Assembly (NCBI GenBank): GCA_964016885.1
Contig: OZ024741.1
Coordinates: 348,812,001-348,876,000 of the forward strand
Origin: Eledone cirrhosa
Lineage: Eukaryota
Reading direction: 5' to 3'
DNA: 64,000 nt
Shown: positions 42,334-54,600 of the stretch, in pieces
Layout: each line of letters opens with the position of its first letter
How positions within the stretch are numbered: the stretch's first letter is position 1
The notes under the pieces: generated by a model
What the model saw: only the letters and a program-made list of their open reading frames with translations
Told to the model about the DNA's origin: nothing
Databases searched by the model: none
Translations under genes and position numbers: made by a program

Positions 42334-42616
42334 AGAAACCACTGGTAAATGAAATAATTATCTTATGTTATTTATTTCATGATTAAAAAACTATGTAGCT
42401 TACATAGAGCACTCTCTTTTCCATTACCTTTCCTACGGAAATACTTCATTCATATGTATATACTCTTGGCCCGTCCGGCTGGCGCCCGGCTTGATATACC
42501 TGCCCCCACCACTCCACTGTAATGATACCACACACCCTTCCGTGTCACATTGTCCTTCCGACTCTCTCTCGCTCTCTCTATCTCTCTATCTCTCTCTCTC
42601 TCTCTCGCTCTCTCTG

Positions 42617-42661
<45 letters not shown>

Positions 42662-42834
42662 GTGTATATATTGAAGTGAGATACGGAAACTAAAACAGTG
42701 TTGTCATATAGAGAGTGAAAAGCGACAGAGAGAGTAAAGCAGTTAAATTATAGAGAGGGGGAATGATCTTACATACATACATACATTTAAAGTATAGATA
42801 TGTGTGTGTGTCTGTTTGTGTATGTGTATGTGTG

Positions 42835-43034
42835 NNNNNNNNNNNNNNNNNNNNNNNNNNNNNNNNNNNNNNNNNNNNNNNNNNNNNNNNNNNNNNNNNN
42901 NNNNNNNNNNNNNNNNNNNNNNNNNNNNNNNNNNNNNNNNNNNNNNNNNNNNNNNNNNNNNNNNNNNNNNNNNNNNNNNNNNNNNNNNNNNNNNNNNNNN
43001 NNNNNNNNNNNNNNNNNNNNNNNNNNNNNNNNNN
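42835..43034. other. Assembly gap (200 N)
   Basis: Run of N. Confidence 1.
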
Positions 43035-43605
43035 TGAATTAGTTTTGCGAGGTTTTTTATATGAAATCGTGTGTCGAAACAGATATTGTTATATTTGGGG
43101 AGGGTCATATTTGCGTAATATTGCCAGAATTAATAACAGAACACACTCACTGTTTGGTTGGTTTTCGCTTCTCGCTGTCTTTTATATATATGTATCTGCG
43201 ATCTAACTTACTCGGTCCTCAATGTTGCCATTGACTGACCGGCGGTCAAAAATAATACAGATACAATATAGACAAACACATATATATATAGTTTACATAA
43301 ATCTTTCGTTGCACATCTGCAACATCGTCAGTGGTGTTATATTCATTGTTCCTCCTGTTGTGTTGTATGTCTACGCCATTTTTTTTTTGTTCAGTCTGTC
43401 TATATATTTATTTATTTATTTGCTTGTTTGTTTATCTTATTTTATTTTGTCTTCTTTGCGCATGCGTTTGCGTGTGTGTATAGTGTTATGTGTGATGTGT
43501 GACTAGTGTGTATAGTGTTGTGTCTGCTGGGTGACTAGTGTGTGTTTATGTGCTTGTGTATGTATTTATTTATCTTATTTTATTTAATTTAATTTACTTA
43601 TTTAT

Positions 43606-44412
43606 TTATACTTCTCTTAGGTCAGTGTTGTTTGTTTGGGTGTTGTTGTTGTTCCACTCATTCTTTCTGTTTAGCTTTGGTCTTCTAATTTCTATTTCAC
43701 TGGCCTCTCTGATTTGCCTATCTGCTGGGTCATTCCTATGTTTAGATATTATTCTAATTTCTATGTTGTCTATGTTACCGTCATGATGTTGTCTAGCATG
43801 TTCGTATAGTACTGACCCGTTTTTTCGTCCTTTTAGTTCCCCCCAGTGTTGGTCTATCCTTTCACCTATGCTACGAGCTGTCTCACCTATGTATGTTGTT
43901 GTCGTGTTTCTGCAAGTACCCTCTGTACATCTTATGCTATAGACTACGTTTCTAGTTTTACAGTTTATCCGGGGGTTCACCTTACATATGATACATTTCC
44001 TATTGGTACAGTGGGTTTTCTTAAAAGGGTAGGTTTTGCTGATCAGGGATTTTATGGTGGTTCCTGGCTTTTCTACCACCTTTATTTTTAAGTGGGTCTT
44101 TCTCAGGGCCTTTCTACACTGGTTAGCTAATTTCCCTCCAGGGGTGGCGTCCACAAACATGACACTCTGATATCTCTGGTTGTCGTACCATGATGTGGCC
44201 TTCCCTATCTTATGTCTAGCCCTATCTAAGCTATTCCATGATTTGCTCCTGTATAGTGGGCAAATTCCTTTCATGTCCAGTTCTATGAGGGTCTTATACT
44301 TTTCCATGGCTCCTTCGTATACTCTGACTCTGTCTCTTTGGTTGTAGCCAGAGAACTGCATGCGGTTGATGAAGTGTTGGATGTGTCCTTCCATTTCTGT
44401 TGGGTCGCACAT
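43606..44412 (-). pseudogene. Inverted 3' fragment of the PLE ORF (thumb end plus GIY-YIG)
   Basis: MCDPTEMEGH...DLREV is identical to the C-terminal 268 aa of the full ORF. Confidence 0.9.
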
Positions 44413-46980
44413 GGTAGAAATAGCAGTAACAACAACAACAATAACGGTGAAGTAAACAACAATACATCTAGCAATCATAACAATAATAATATTAATGCTA
44501 AGGATAGAAACAACAACCACCATGATAACAATAATAGCAACACACACAACTATGACGATAGAAATAACGACAACCCCTTAGAGAAACTATTTTTCAACCC
44601 AGCTGACAAAACATATAAGATGGGTAATATCTATCCTACGAGGTTACCCTTTAATAAAAGAGTTTGCATACCACAACAAATAGATGACGAGACGGAGGCA
44701 CAGTTCACCATAGCTAGAAATAAGATTAGACAAGTAGTAGACAGGTACACTATGAGACAGAGCAGACCAGAGGCCCAACAACTTGGGATAAAACCTGTAG
44801 AAGGCTTGGTTAGCCTCAAGCAGCGCACAAGGGATGGTGAGGTAGTGTGTCTACCCACAGATAAGTCTGGTAGGATGTCAATAGATAGCATGCCGAACTA
44901 CATCGAGGCAATGCAACCCCACATCACCAACACGAGCGAAGTTGCACAACTAACACACGATGGGAGAGAAAAAATCCTCAACGCTCACATGATGATGTGG
45001 ACTGACATCCTAAAGCCAAGCAGACGCACTGCCAACAACTTCCAGGCGTCTAACAATGGCATACCACCCTTGTATGGGCTCCGCAAAGACCACAAGACAG
45101 TCGACGACCCGACAATAGGACCACCAACAAGACCTGTATGCGGAGCTAATATAGCTAGCAACTACAGGATCTCCTACTTCCTCTCAATGGTTATACGCCC
45201 CATAATCAAGATGTCCCCAGATGTATGTGAAAGTACAGAGGACCTCCTCAGCAGAATCAGTGAGTGCAACAAAAACAGGAGCCTATCCAACTGCATAATA
45301 GGCAGCATGGATGTGGTGTCACTGTACCCATCCATTAACATTGATTTTGCTGTGAAAAGATGTGTGGAGATGATCATTGAGAGTGAGGTGGAGTTCTGCG
45401 ACGTCGACACAGACGAACTGGGCCTCCTACTTAGACTTACCTACGACACTGACTACCTAGACAGCCATGACCTTAGATGTTTCTGCCCTAGTAGACCTAT
45501 AAGAGGTAGACCCCCCACCATAACCTCAATGGCTAAAAAGACTCCCATAGGAAGGTGGATTGGGTGGACCAAAGCTATACGGACCCCCCAAAACACTGAT
45601 CAGGTAAGAAAAATGGTCGCACATGCAATAGGGGCTAGTATCAAAACTACCCTAAAGGGCCACATATTTAAGTTCAATGAGAAAATCTACACCCAAAATG
45701 AGGGAGCAGCCATCGGCGTCAGCATAGCTGGCGATGTTGCCAACCTTTTCATGGTATGGTGGGAAAGGAGACTTAAAGATCTCCTTAATAATAGCTCCAT
45801 AGACCTCATCATGTACTCTCGTTATGTAGACGATATCAATATAGTTATAAGAACACCCCCACTAGAGAGCACTAACAAGTTTGATTTAGAACGTAGCACG
45901 ATGGAAAGCATCCAGCAGATAGCTAATTCCATACACCAGAGTATAACTGTAACTATAGACTTCCCTTCCAAACACCCTAACAATAGACTACCTGTATTAG
46001 ACACAGAACTCTGGATTAACACTATAGACGAGAGAGCCCAAATTCTCCACTCACACTATGCTAAACCCATGGCCTCCAAATACCTGATACTCAAAAACTC
46101 AGCAATGTCCAGTAGTGCTAAGTTTAATATTCTGATCGCAGATTTGGTACGAGTGATGAAGAATGTGTCCAGCATGTGCGACCCAACAGAAATGGAAGGA
46201 CACATCCAACACTTCATCAACCGCATGCAGTTCTCTGGCTACAACCAAAGAGACAGAGTCAGAGTATACGAAGGAGCCATGGAAAAGTATAAGACCCTCA
46301 TAGAACTGGACATGAAAGGAATTTGCCCACTATACAGGAGCAAATCATGGAATAGCTTAGATAGGGCTAGACATAAGATAGGGAAGGCCACATCATGGTA
46401 CGACAACCAGAGATATCAGAGTGTCATGTTTGTGGACGCCACCCCTGGAGGGAAATTAGCTAACCAGTGTAGAAAGGCCCTGAGAAAGACCCACTTAAAA
46501 ATAAAGGTGGTAGAAAAGCCAGGAACCACCATAAAATCCCTGATCAGCAAAACCTACCCTTTTAAGAAAACCCACTGTACCAATAGGAAATGTATCATAT
46601 GTAAGGTGAACCCCCGGATAAACTGTAAAACTAGAAACGTAGTCTATAGCATAAGATGTACAGAGGGTACTTGCAGAAACACGACAACAACATACATAGG
46701 TGAGACAGCTCGTAGCATAGGTGAAAGGATAGACCAACACTGGGGGGAACTAAAAGGACGAAAAAACGGGTCAGTACTATACGAACATGCTAGACAACAT
46801 CATGACGGTAACATAGACAACATAGAAATTAGAATAATATCTAAACATAGGAATGACCCAGCAGATAGGCAAATCAGAGAGGCCAGTGAAATAGAAATTA
46901 GAAGACCAAAGCTAAACAGAAAGAATGAGTGGAACAACAACAACACCCAAACAAACAACACTGACCTAAGAGAAGTATAA
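44411..46980 (+). pseudogene. 5'-truncated but open PLE ORF (RT plus GIY-YIG)
   Basis: Identical to 48537-51106; lacks the N-terminal ~354 codons. Confidence 0.9.
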
Positions 46981-47246
46981 ATAAATAAGTAAATTAAATT
47001 AAATAAAATAAGATAAATAAATACATACACAAGCACATAAACACACACTAGTCACCCAGCAGACACAACACTATACACACTAATCACACATCACACATAA
47101 CACTATACACACACGCAAACGCATGCGCAAAGAAGACAAAATAAAATAAGATAAACAAACAAACAAATAAATAAATAAATATATAGACAGACTGAACAAA
47201 AAAAAATGGCGTAGACATACAACACAACAGGAGGAACAATGAATAT

Positions 47247-47292
47247 AACACCACTGACGATGTTGCAGATGTGCAACGAAAGATTTATGTAA
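47247..47292 (+). ncRNA. Hammerhead-like motif in the pLTR (core copies at 51380, 55509, 59141 on plus; 43331, 18201, 4694 on minus)
   Basis: CTGACGA-T-GTTGCA-GATG-TGCAAC-GAAA. The 18.2-kb copy shows a compensatory change (GTCGCA/TGCGAC) and N7 variation. Stem I is weak. Confidence 0.7.
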
Positions 47293-47476
47293 ACTATATA
47301 TATATGTGTTTGTCTATATTGTATCTGTATTATTTTTGACCGCCGGTCAGTCAATGGCAACATTGAGGACCGAGTAAGTTAGATCGCAGATACATATATA
47401 TAAAAGACAGCGAGAAGCGAAAACCAACCAAACAGTGAGTGTGTTCTGTTATTAATTCTGGCAATATTACGCAAAT

Positions 47477-50400
47477 ATGACCCTCCCCAAATATAACAAT
47501 ATCTGTTTCGACACACGATTTCATATAAAAAACCTCGCAAAACTAATTCATCGCCGCTATGGCATTAGCTTGTGCCAAGCTGAAAGGTTATTGAAAGACA
47601 CTGTTTTCTGTTATATAAAAACTACAATAACAACAGAACAAATCCGCTTCTTAAAACACTGTGTTTCCTCCAAAACATACACAACAAACATATCAAAACA
47701 AGTAAATAATTTATTATTGAACAAAACACAAGCTGAACGGCTAAAACACACAATAACAGTTAATATGAAAAGAACAACATACACAAAAGTCAACGCACTC
47801 TACAGACAAAAACGCATCAACGGTAAGGAAATCCGAAATCTCATCACAGCAAACGAGAGAGATGACTTCATGAGCGTCATCCGACGCGAAACGAAATATG
47901 CTCAAAACGAATGCTGTAGGCATTTCAAGAAGAAATTAGAATGGATGAATAAGAAAAAACTACAAGAAAGGAAAATCGAATATTCTCAAAAATACCCAGA
48001 TAACATCGACAACATCCGTATGAGTGATGTAAAACTACCGGAAGAATTTACCAATGACCACACAGTAAATATCTATGGGAACACTTTAATCAGTGAACAA
48101 GAACAACAAATCCTAAAGTTACCACCAAAATTTGCCATCTACAAAAAGATTAATCCTATGGAATGCAAAACGGAGCTGGAAAAGTGTTTCACAAAAATAC
48201 GTTGGAATGCAAAGGTAAACAACAACAACAATAATAACGGTAGTAGTAATATAAACAATAACTCTGGGTATAGAAATAACAGCCATAACCATAACAATGG
48301 CAGGAAAGTGAGAAATAGTGATAATGGTAATAATACTAGCGATAGACAGAACAACAACAACCACAATAATAATAATAATAGAAACGTTAACCACAGACAC
48401 AGCAACAGTGACCACAGTAGTAATAACGGTAACAATACGAACAACAACAACAACAATAACCACAGTGGTAATAATGGAAATAGTACATGTAGCAACATCA
48501 ACAAAAACAAGAAACATAATAATAGTAACAACCACAATGGTAGAAATAGCAGTAACAACAACAACAATAACGGTGAAGTAAACAACAATACATCTAGCAA
48601 TCATAACAATAATAATATTAATGCTAAGGATAGAAACAACAACCACCATGATAACAATAATAGCAACACACACAACTATGACGATAGAAATAACGACAAC
48701 CCCTTAGAGAAACTATTTTTCAACCCAGCTGACAAAACATATAAGATGGGTAATATCTATCCTACGAGGTTACCCTTTAATAAAAGAGTTTGCATACCAC
48801 AACAAATAGATGACGAGACGGAGGCACAGTTCACCATAGCTAGAAATAAGATTAGACAAGTAGTAGACAGGTACACTATGAGACAGAGCAGACCAGAGGC
48901 CCAACAACTTGGGATAAAACCTGTAGAAGGCTTGGTTAGCCTCAAGCAGCGCACAAGGGATGGTGAGGTAGTGTGTCTACCCACAGATAAGTCTGGTAGG
49001 ATGTCAATAGATAGCATGCCGAACTACATCGAGGCAATGCAACCCCACATCACCAACACGAGCGAAGTTGCACAACTAACACACGATGGGAGAGAAAAAA
49101 TCCTCAACGCTCACATGATGATGTGGACTGACATCCTAAAGCCAAGCAGACGCACTGCCAACAACTTCCAGGCGTCTAACAATGGCATACCACCCTTGTA
49201 TGGGCTCCGCAAAGACCACAAGACAGTCGACGACCCGACAATAGGACCACCAACAAGACCTGTATGCGGAGCTAATATAGCTAGCAACTACAGGATCTCC
49301 TACTTCCTCTCAATGGTTATACGCCCCATAATCAAGATGTCCCCAGATGTATGTGAAAGTACAGAGGACCTCCTCAGCAGAATCAGTGAGTGCAACAAAA
49401 ACAGGAGCCTATCCAACTGCATAATAGGCAGCATGGATGTGGTGTCACTGTACCCATCCATTAACATTGATTTTGCTGTGAAAAGATGTGTGGAGATGAT
49501 CATTGAGAGTGAGGTGGAGTTCTGCGACGTCGACACAGACGAACTGGGCCTCCTACTTAGACTTACCTACGACACTGACTACCTAGACAGCCATGACCTT
49601 AGATGTTTCTGCCCTAGTAGACCTATAAGAGGTAGACCCCCCACCATAACCTCAATGGCTAAAAAGACTCCCATAGGAAGGTGGATTGGGTGGACCAAAG
49701 CTATACGGACCCCCCAAAACACTGATCAGGTAAGAAAAATGGTCGCACATGCAATAGGGGCTAGTATCAAAACTACCCTAAAGGGCCACATATTTAAGTT
49801 CAATGAGAAAATCTACACCCAAAATGAGGGAGCAGCCATCGGCGTCAGCATAGCTGGCGATGTTGCCAACCTTTTCATGGTATGGTGGGAAAGGAGACTT
49901 AAAGATCTCCTTAATAATAGCTCCATAGACCTCATCATGTACTCTCGTTATGTAGACGATATCAATATAGTTATAAGAACACCCCCACTAGAGAGCACTA
50001 ACAAGTTTGATTTAGAACGTAGCACGATGGAAAGCATCCAGCAGATAGCTAATTCCATACACCAGAGTATAACTGTAACTATAGACTTCCCTTCCAAACA
50101 CCCTAACAATAGACTACCTGTATTAGACACAGAACTCTGGATTAACACTATAGACGAGAGAGCCCAAATTCTCCACTCACACTATGCTAAACCCATGGCC
50201 TCCAAATACCTGATACTCAAAAACTCAGCAATGTCCAGTAGTGCTAAGTTTAATATTCTGATCGCAGATTTGGTACGAGTGATGAAGAATGTGTCCAGCA
50301 TGTGCGACCCAACAGAAATGGAAGGACACATCCAACACTTCATCAACCGCATGCAGTTCTCTGGCTACAACCAAAGAGACAGAGTCAGAGTATACGAAGG

Positions 50401-51106
50401 AGCCATGGAAAAGTATAAGACCCTCATAGAACTGGACATGAAAGGAATTTGCCCACTATACAGGAGCAAATCATGGAATAGCTTAGATAGGGCTAGACAT
50501 AAGATAGGGAAGGCCACATCATGGTACGACAACCAGAGATATCAGAGTGTCATGTTTGTGGACGCCACCCCTGGAGGGAAATTAGCTAACCAGTGTAGAA
50601 AGGCCCTGAGAAAGACCCACTTAAAAATAAAGGTGGTAGAAAAGCCAGGAACCACCATAAAATCCCTGATCAGCAAAACCTACCCTTTTAAGAAAACCCA
50701 CTGTACCAATAGGAAATGTATCATATGTAAGGTGAACCCCCGGATAAACTGTAAAACTAGAAACGTAGTCTATAGCATAAGATGTACAGAGGGTACTTGC
50801 AGAAACACGACAACAACATACATAGGTGAGACAGCTCGTAGCATAGGTGAAAGGATAGACCAACACTGGGGGGAACTAAAAGGACGAAAAAACGGGTCAG
50901 TACTATACGAACATGCTAGACAACATCATGACGGTAACATAGACAACATAGAAATTAGAATAATATCTAAACATAGGAATGACCCAGCAGATAGGCAAAT
51001 CAGAGAGGCCAGTGAAATAGAAATTAGAAGACCAAAGCTAAACAGAAAGAATGAGTGGAACAACAACAACACCCAAACAAACAACACTGACCTAAGAGAA
51101 GTATAA
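47477..51106 (+). CDS. Penelope-like element polyprotein, 1209 aa: N-terminal domain, Asn-rich tract, RT, Cys linker, GIY-YIG endonuclease
   Basis: PTDKSG (DKG motif), LYGLRKDHK..PPTRPV, SMDVVSLYPSI (A), QNEGAAIG (B'), RYVDD (C), LPVLD (E), CTNRKCIIC linker, VVYSIRC..C..YIGET..R..QH..H, REASEI..PKLN. Confidence 0.96.
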   Translation: MTLPKYNNICFDTRFHIKNLAKLIHRRYGISLCQAERLLKDTVFCYIKTTITTEQIRFLKHCVSSKTYTTNISKQVNNLLLNKTQAERLKHTITVNMKRTTYTKVNALYRQKRINGKEIRNLITANERDDFMSVIRRETKYAQNECCRHFKKKLEWMNKKKLQERKIEYSQKYPDNIDNIRMSDVKLPEEFTNDHTVNIYGNTLISEQEQQILKLPPKFAIYKKINPMECKTELEKCFTKIRWNAKVNNNNNNNGSSNINNNSGYRNNSHNHNNGRKVRNSDNGNNTSDRQNNNNHNNNNNRNVNHRHSNSDHSSNNGNNTNNNNNNNHSGNNGNSTCSNINKNKKHNNSNNHNGRNSSNNNNNNGEVNNNTSSNHNNNNINAKDRNNNHHDNNNSNTHNYDDRNNDNPLEKLFFNPADKTYKMGNIYPTRLPFNKRVCIPQQIDDETEAQFTIARNKIRQVVDRYTMRQSRPEAQQLGIKPVEGLVSLKQRTRDGEVVCLPTDKSGRMSIDSMPNYIEAMQPHITNTSEVAQLTHDGREKILNAHMMMWTDILKPSRRTANNFQASNNGIPPLYGLRKDHKTVDDPTIGPPTRPVCGANIASNYRISYFLSMVIRPIIKMSPDVCESTEDLLSRISECNKNRSLSNCIIGSMDVVSLYPSINIDFAVKRCVEMIIESEVEFCDVDTDELGLLLRLTYDTDYLDSHDLRCFCPSRPIRGRPPTITSMAKKTPIGRWIGWTKAIRTPQNTDQVRKMVAHAIGASIKTTLKGHIFKFNEKIYTQNEGAAIGVSIAGDVANLFMVWWERRLKDLLNNSSIDLIMYSRYVDDINIVIRTPPLESTNKFDLERSTMESIQQIANSIHQSITVTIDFPSKHPNNRLPVLDTELWINTIDERAQILHSHYAKPMASKYLILKNSAMSSSAKFNILIADLVRVMKNVSSMCDPTEMEGHIQHFINRMQFSGYNQRDRVRVYEGAMEKYKTLIELDMKGICPLYRSKSWNSLDRARHKIGKATSWYDNQRYQSVMFVDATPGGKLANQCRKALRKTHLKIKVVEKPGTTIKSLISKTYPFKKTHCTNRKCIICKVNPRINCKTRNVVYSIRCTEGTCRNTTTTYIGETARSIGERIDQHWGELKGRKNGSVLYEHARQHHDGNIDNIEIRIISKHRNDPADRQIREASEIEIRRPKLNRKNEWNNNNTQTNNTDLREV
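48217..48700 (+). repeat. Coding (AAY)n-rich low-complexity tract (also 52343-52829 and 44411-44574)
   Basis: Encodes ~160 aa dominated by Asn, with Ser, His and Gly. Confidence 0.95.
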
Positions 51107-51602
51107 ATAAATAAGTAAATTAAATTAAATAAAATAAGATAAATAAATACATACACAAGCACATAAACACACACTAGTCACCCAGCAGACACAACACTAT
51201 ACACACTAGTCACACATCACACATAACACTATACACACACGCAAACGCATGCGCAAAGAAGACAAAATAAAATAAGATAAACAAACAAGCAAATAAATAA
51301 ATAAATATATAGACAGACTGAACAAAAAAAAATGGCGTAGACATACAACACAACAGGAGGAACAATGAATATAACACCACTGACGATGTTGCAGATGTGC
51401 AACGAAAGATTTATGTAAACTATATATATATGTGTTTGTCTATATTGTATCTGTATTATTTTTGACCGCCGGTCAGTCAATGGCAACATTGAGGACCGAG
51501 TAAGTTAGATCGCAGATACATATATATAAAAGACAGCGAGAAGCGAAAACCAACCAAACAGTGAGTGTGTTCTGTTATTAATTCTGGCAATATTACGCAA
51601 AT

Positions 51603-54600
51603 ATGACCCTCCCCAAATATAACAATATCTGTTTCGACACACGATTTCATATAAAAAACCTCGCAAAACTAATTCATCGCCGCTATGGCATTAGCTTGTG
51701 CCAAGCTGAAAGGTTATTGAAAGACACTGTTTTCTGTTATATAAAAACTACAATAACAACAGAACAAATCCGCTTCTTAAAACACTGTGTTTCCTCCAAA
51801 ACATACACAACAAACATATCAAAACAAGTAAATAATTTATTATTGAACAAAACACAAGCTGAACGGCTAAAACACACAATAACAGTTAATATGAAAAGAA
51901 CAACATACACAAAAGTCAACGCACTCTACAGACAAAAACGCATCAACGGTAAGGAAATCCGAAATCTCATCACAGCAAACGAGAGAGATGACTTCATGAG
52001 CGTCATCCGACGCGAAACGAAATATGCTCAAAACGAATGCTGTAGGCATTTCAAGAAGAAATTAGAATGGATGAATAAGAAAAAACTACAAGAAAGGAAA
52101 ATCGAATATTCTCAAAAATACCCAGATAACATCGACAACATCCGTATGAGTGATGTAAAACTACCGGAAGAATTTACCAATGACCACACAGTAAATATCT
52201 ATGGGAACACTTTAATCAGTGAACAAGAACAACAAATCCTAAAGTTACCACCAAAATTTGCCATCTACAAAAAGATTAATCCTATGGAATGCAAAACGGA
52301 GCTGGAAAAGTGTTTCACAAAAATACGTTGGAATGCAAAGGTAAACAACAACAACAATAATAACGGTAGTAGTAATATAAACAATAACTCTGGGTATAGA
52401 AATAACAGCCATAACCATAACAATGGCAGGAAAGTGAGAAATAGTGATAATGGTAATAATACTAGCGATAGACAGAACAACAACAACCACAATAATAATA
52501 ATAATAGAAACGTTAACCACAGACACAGCAACAGTGACCACAGTAGTAATAACGGTAACAATACGAACAACAACAACAACAATAACCACAGTGGTAATAA
52601 TGGAAATAGTACATGTAGCAACATCAACAAAAACAAGAAACATAATAATAGTAACAACCACAATGGTAGAAATAGCAGTAACAACAACAACAATAACGGT
52701 GAAGTAAACAACAATACATCTAGCAATCATAACAATAATAATATTAATGCTAAGGATAGAAACAACAACAACCACCATGATAACAATAATAGCAACACAC
52801 ACAACTATGACGATAGAAATAACGACAACCCCTTAGAGAAACTATTTTTCAACCCAGCTGACAAAACATATAAGATGGGTAATATCTATCCTACGAGGTT
52901 ACCCTTTAATAAAAGAGTTTGCATACCACAACAAATAGATGACGAGACGGAGGCACAGTTCACCATAGCTAGAAATAAGATTAGACAAGTAGTAGACAGG
53001 TACACTATGAGACAGAGCAGACCAGAGGCCCAACAACTTGGGATAAAACCTGTAGAAGGCTTGGTTAGCCTCAAGCAGCGCACAAGGGATGGTGAGGTAG
53101 TGTGTCTACCCACAGATAAGTCTGGTAGGATGTCAATAGATAGCATGCCGAACTACATCGAGGCAATGCAACCCCACATCACCAACACGAGCGAAGTTGC
53201 ACAACTAACACACGATGGGAGAGAAAAAATCCTCAACGCTCACATGATGATGTGGACTGACATCCTAAAGCCAAGCAGACGCACTGCCAACAACTTCCAG
53301 GCGTCTAACAATGGCATACCACCCTTGTATGGGCTCCGCAAAGACCACAAGACAGTCGACGACCCGACAATAGGACCACCAACAAGACCTGTATGCGGAG
53401 CTAATATAGCTAGCAACTACAGGATCTCCTACTTCCTCTCAATGGTTATACGCCCCATAATCAAGATGTCCCCAGATGTATGTGAAAGTACAGAGGACCT
53501 CCTCAGCAGAATCAGTGAGTGCAACAAAAACAGGAGCCTATCCAACTGCATAATAGGCAGCATGGATGTGGTGTCACTGTACCCATCCATTAACATTGAT
53601 TTTGCTGTGAAAAGATGTGTGGAGATGATCATTGAGAGTGAGGTGGAGTTCTGCGACGTCGACACAGACGAACTGGGCCTCCTACTTAGACTTACCTACG
53701 ACACTGACTACCTAGACAGCCATGACCTTAGATGTTTCTGCCCTAGTAGACCTATAAGAGGTAGACCCCCCACCATAACCTCAATGGCTAAAAAGACTCC
53801 CATAGGAAGGTGGATTGGGTGGACCAAAGCTATACGGACCCCCCAAAACACTGATCAGGTAAGAAAAATGGTCGCACATGCAATAGGGGCTAGTATCAAA
53901 ACTACCCTAAAGGGCCACATATTTAAGTTCAATGAGAAAATCTACACCCAAAATGAGGGAGCAGCCATCGGCGTCAGCATAGCTGGCGATGTTGCCAACC
54001 TTTTCATGGTATGGTGGGAAAGGAGACTTAAAGATCTCCTTAATAATAGCTCCATAGACCTCATCATGTACTCTCGTTATGTAGACGATATCAATATAGT
54101 TATAAGAACACCCCCACTAGAGAGCACTAACAAGTTTGATTTAGAACGTAGCACGATGGAAAGCATCCAGCAGATAGCTAATTCCATACACCAGAGTATA
54201 ACTGTAACTATAGACTTCCCTTCCAAACACCCTAACAATAGACTACCTGTATTAGACACAGAACTCTGGATTAACACTATAGACGAGAGAGCCCAAATTC
54301 TCCACTCACACTATGCTAAACCCATGGCCTCCAAATACCTGATACTCAAAAACTCAGCAATGTCCAGTAGTGCTAAGTTTAATATTCTGATCGCAGATTT
54401 GGTACGAGTGATGAAGAATGTGTCCAGCATGTGCGACCCAACAGAAATGGAAGGACACATCCAACACTTCATCAACCGCATGCAGTTCTCTGGCTACAAC
54501 CAAAGAGACAGAGTCAGAGTATACGAAGGAGCCATGGAAAAGTATAAGACCCTCATAGAACTGGACATGAAAGGAATTTGCCCACTATACAGGAGCAAAT

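Noticed and set aside
44338-44410. N-terminus of the 880-aa ORF, and the Val/Ile-rich start of the 313-aa minus ORF
   Set aside because: Chimeric read-through across the inversion junction; antisense of the neighbouring arm.
48119-48673. Hydrophobic Leu/Val/Ile-rich antisense ORFs resembling membrane proteins (also 52245-52802)
   Set aside because: Shadow frames of the AAY repeat.
47477-51106. Telomerase, retron or group II intron RT, or a Naiad-type selenoprotein
   Set aside because: The C-terminal GIY-YIG, DKG motif and pLTR tandem identify a PLE; there are no in-frame TGA codons in the intact ORFs.
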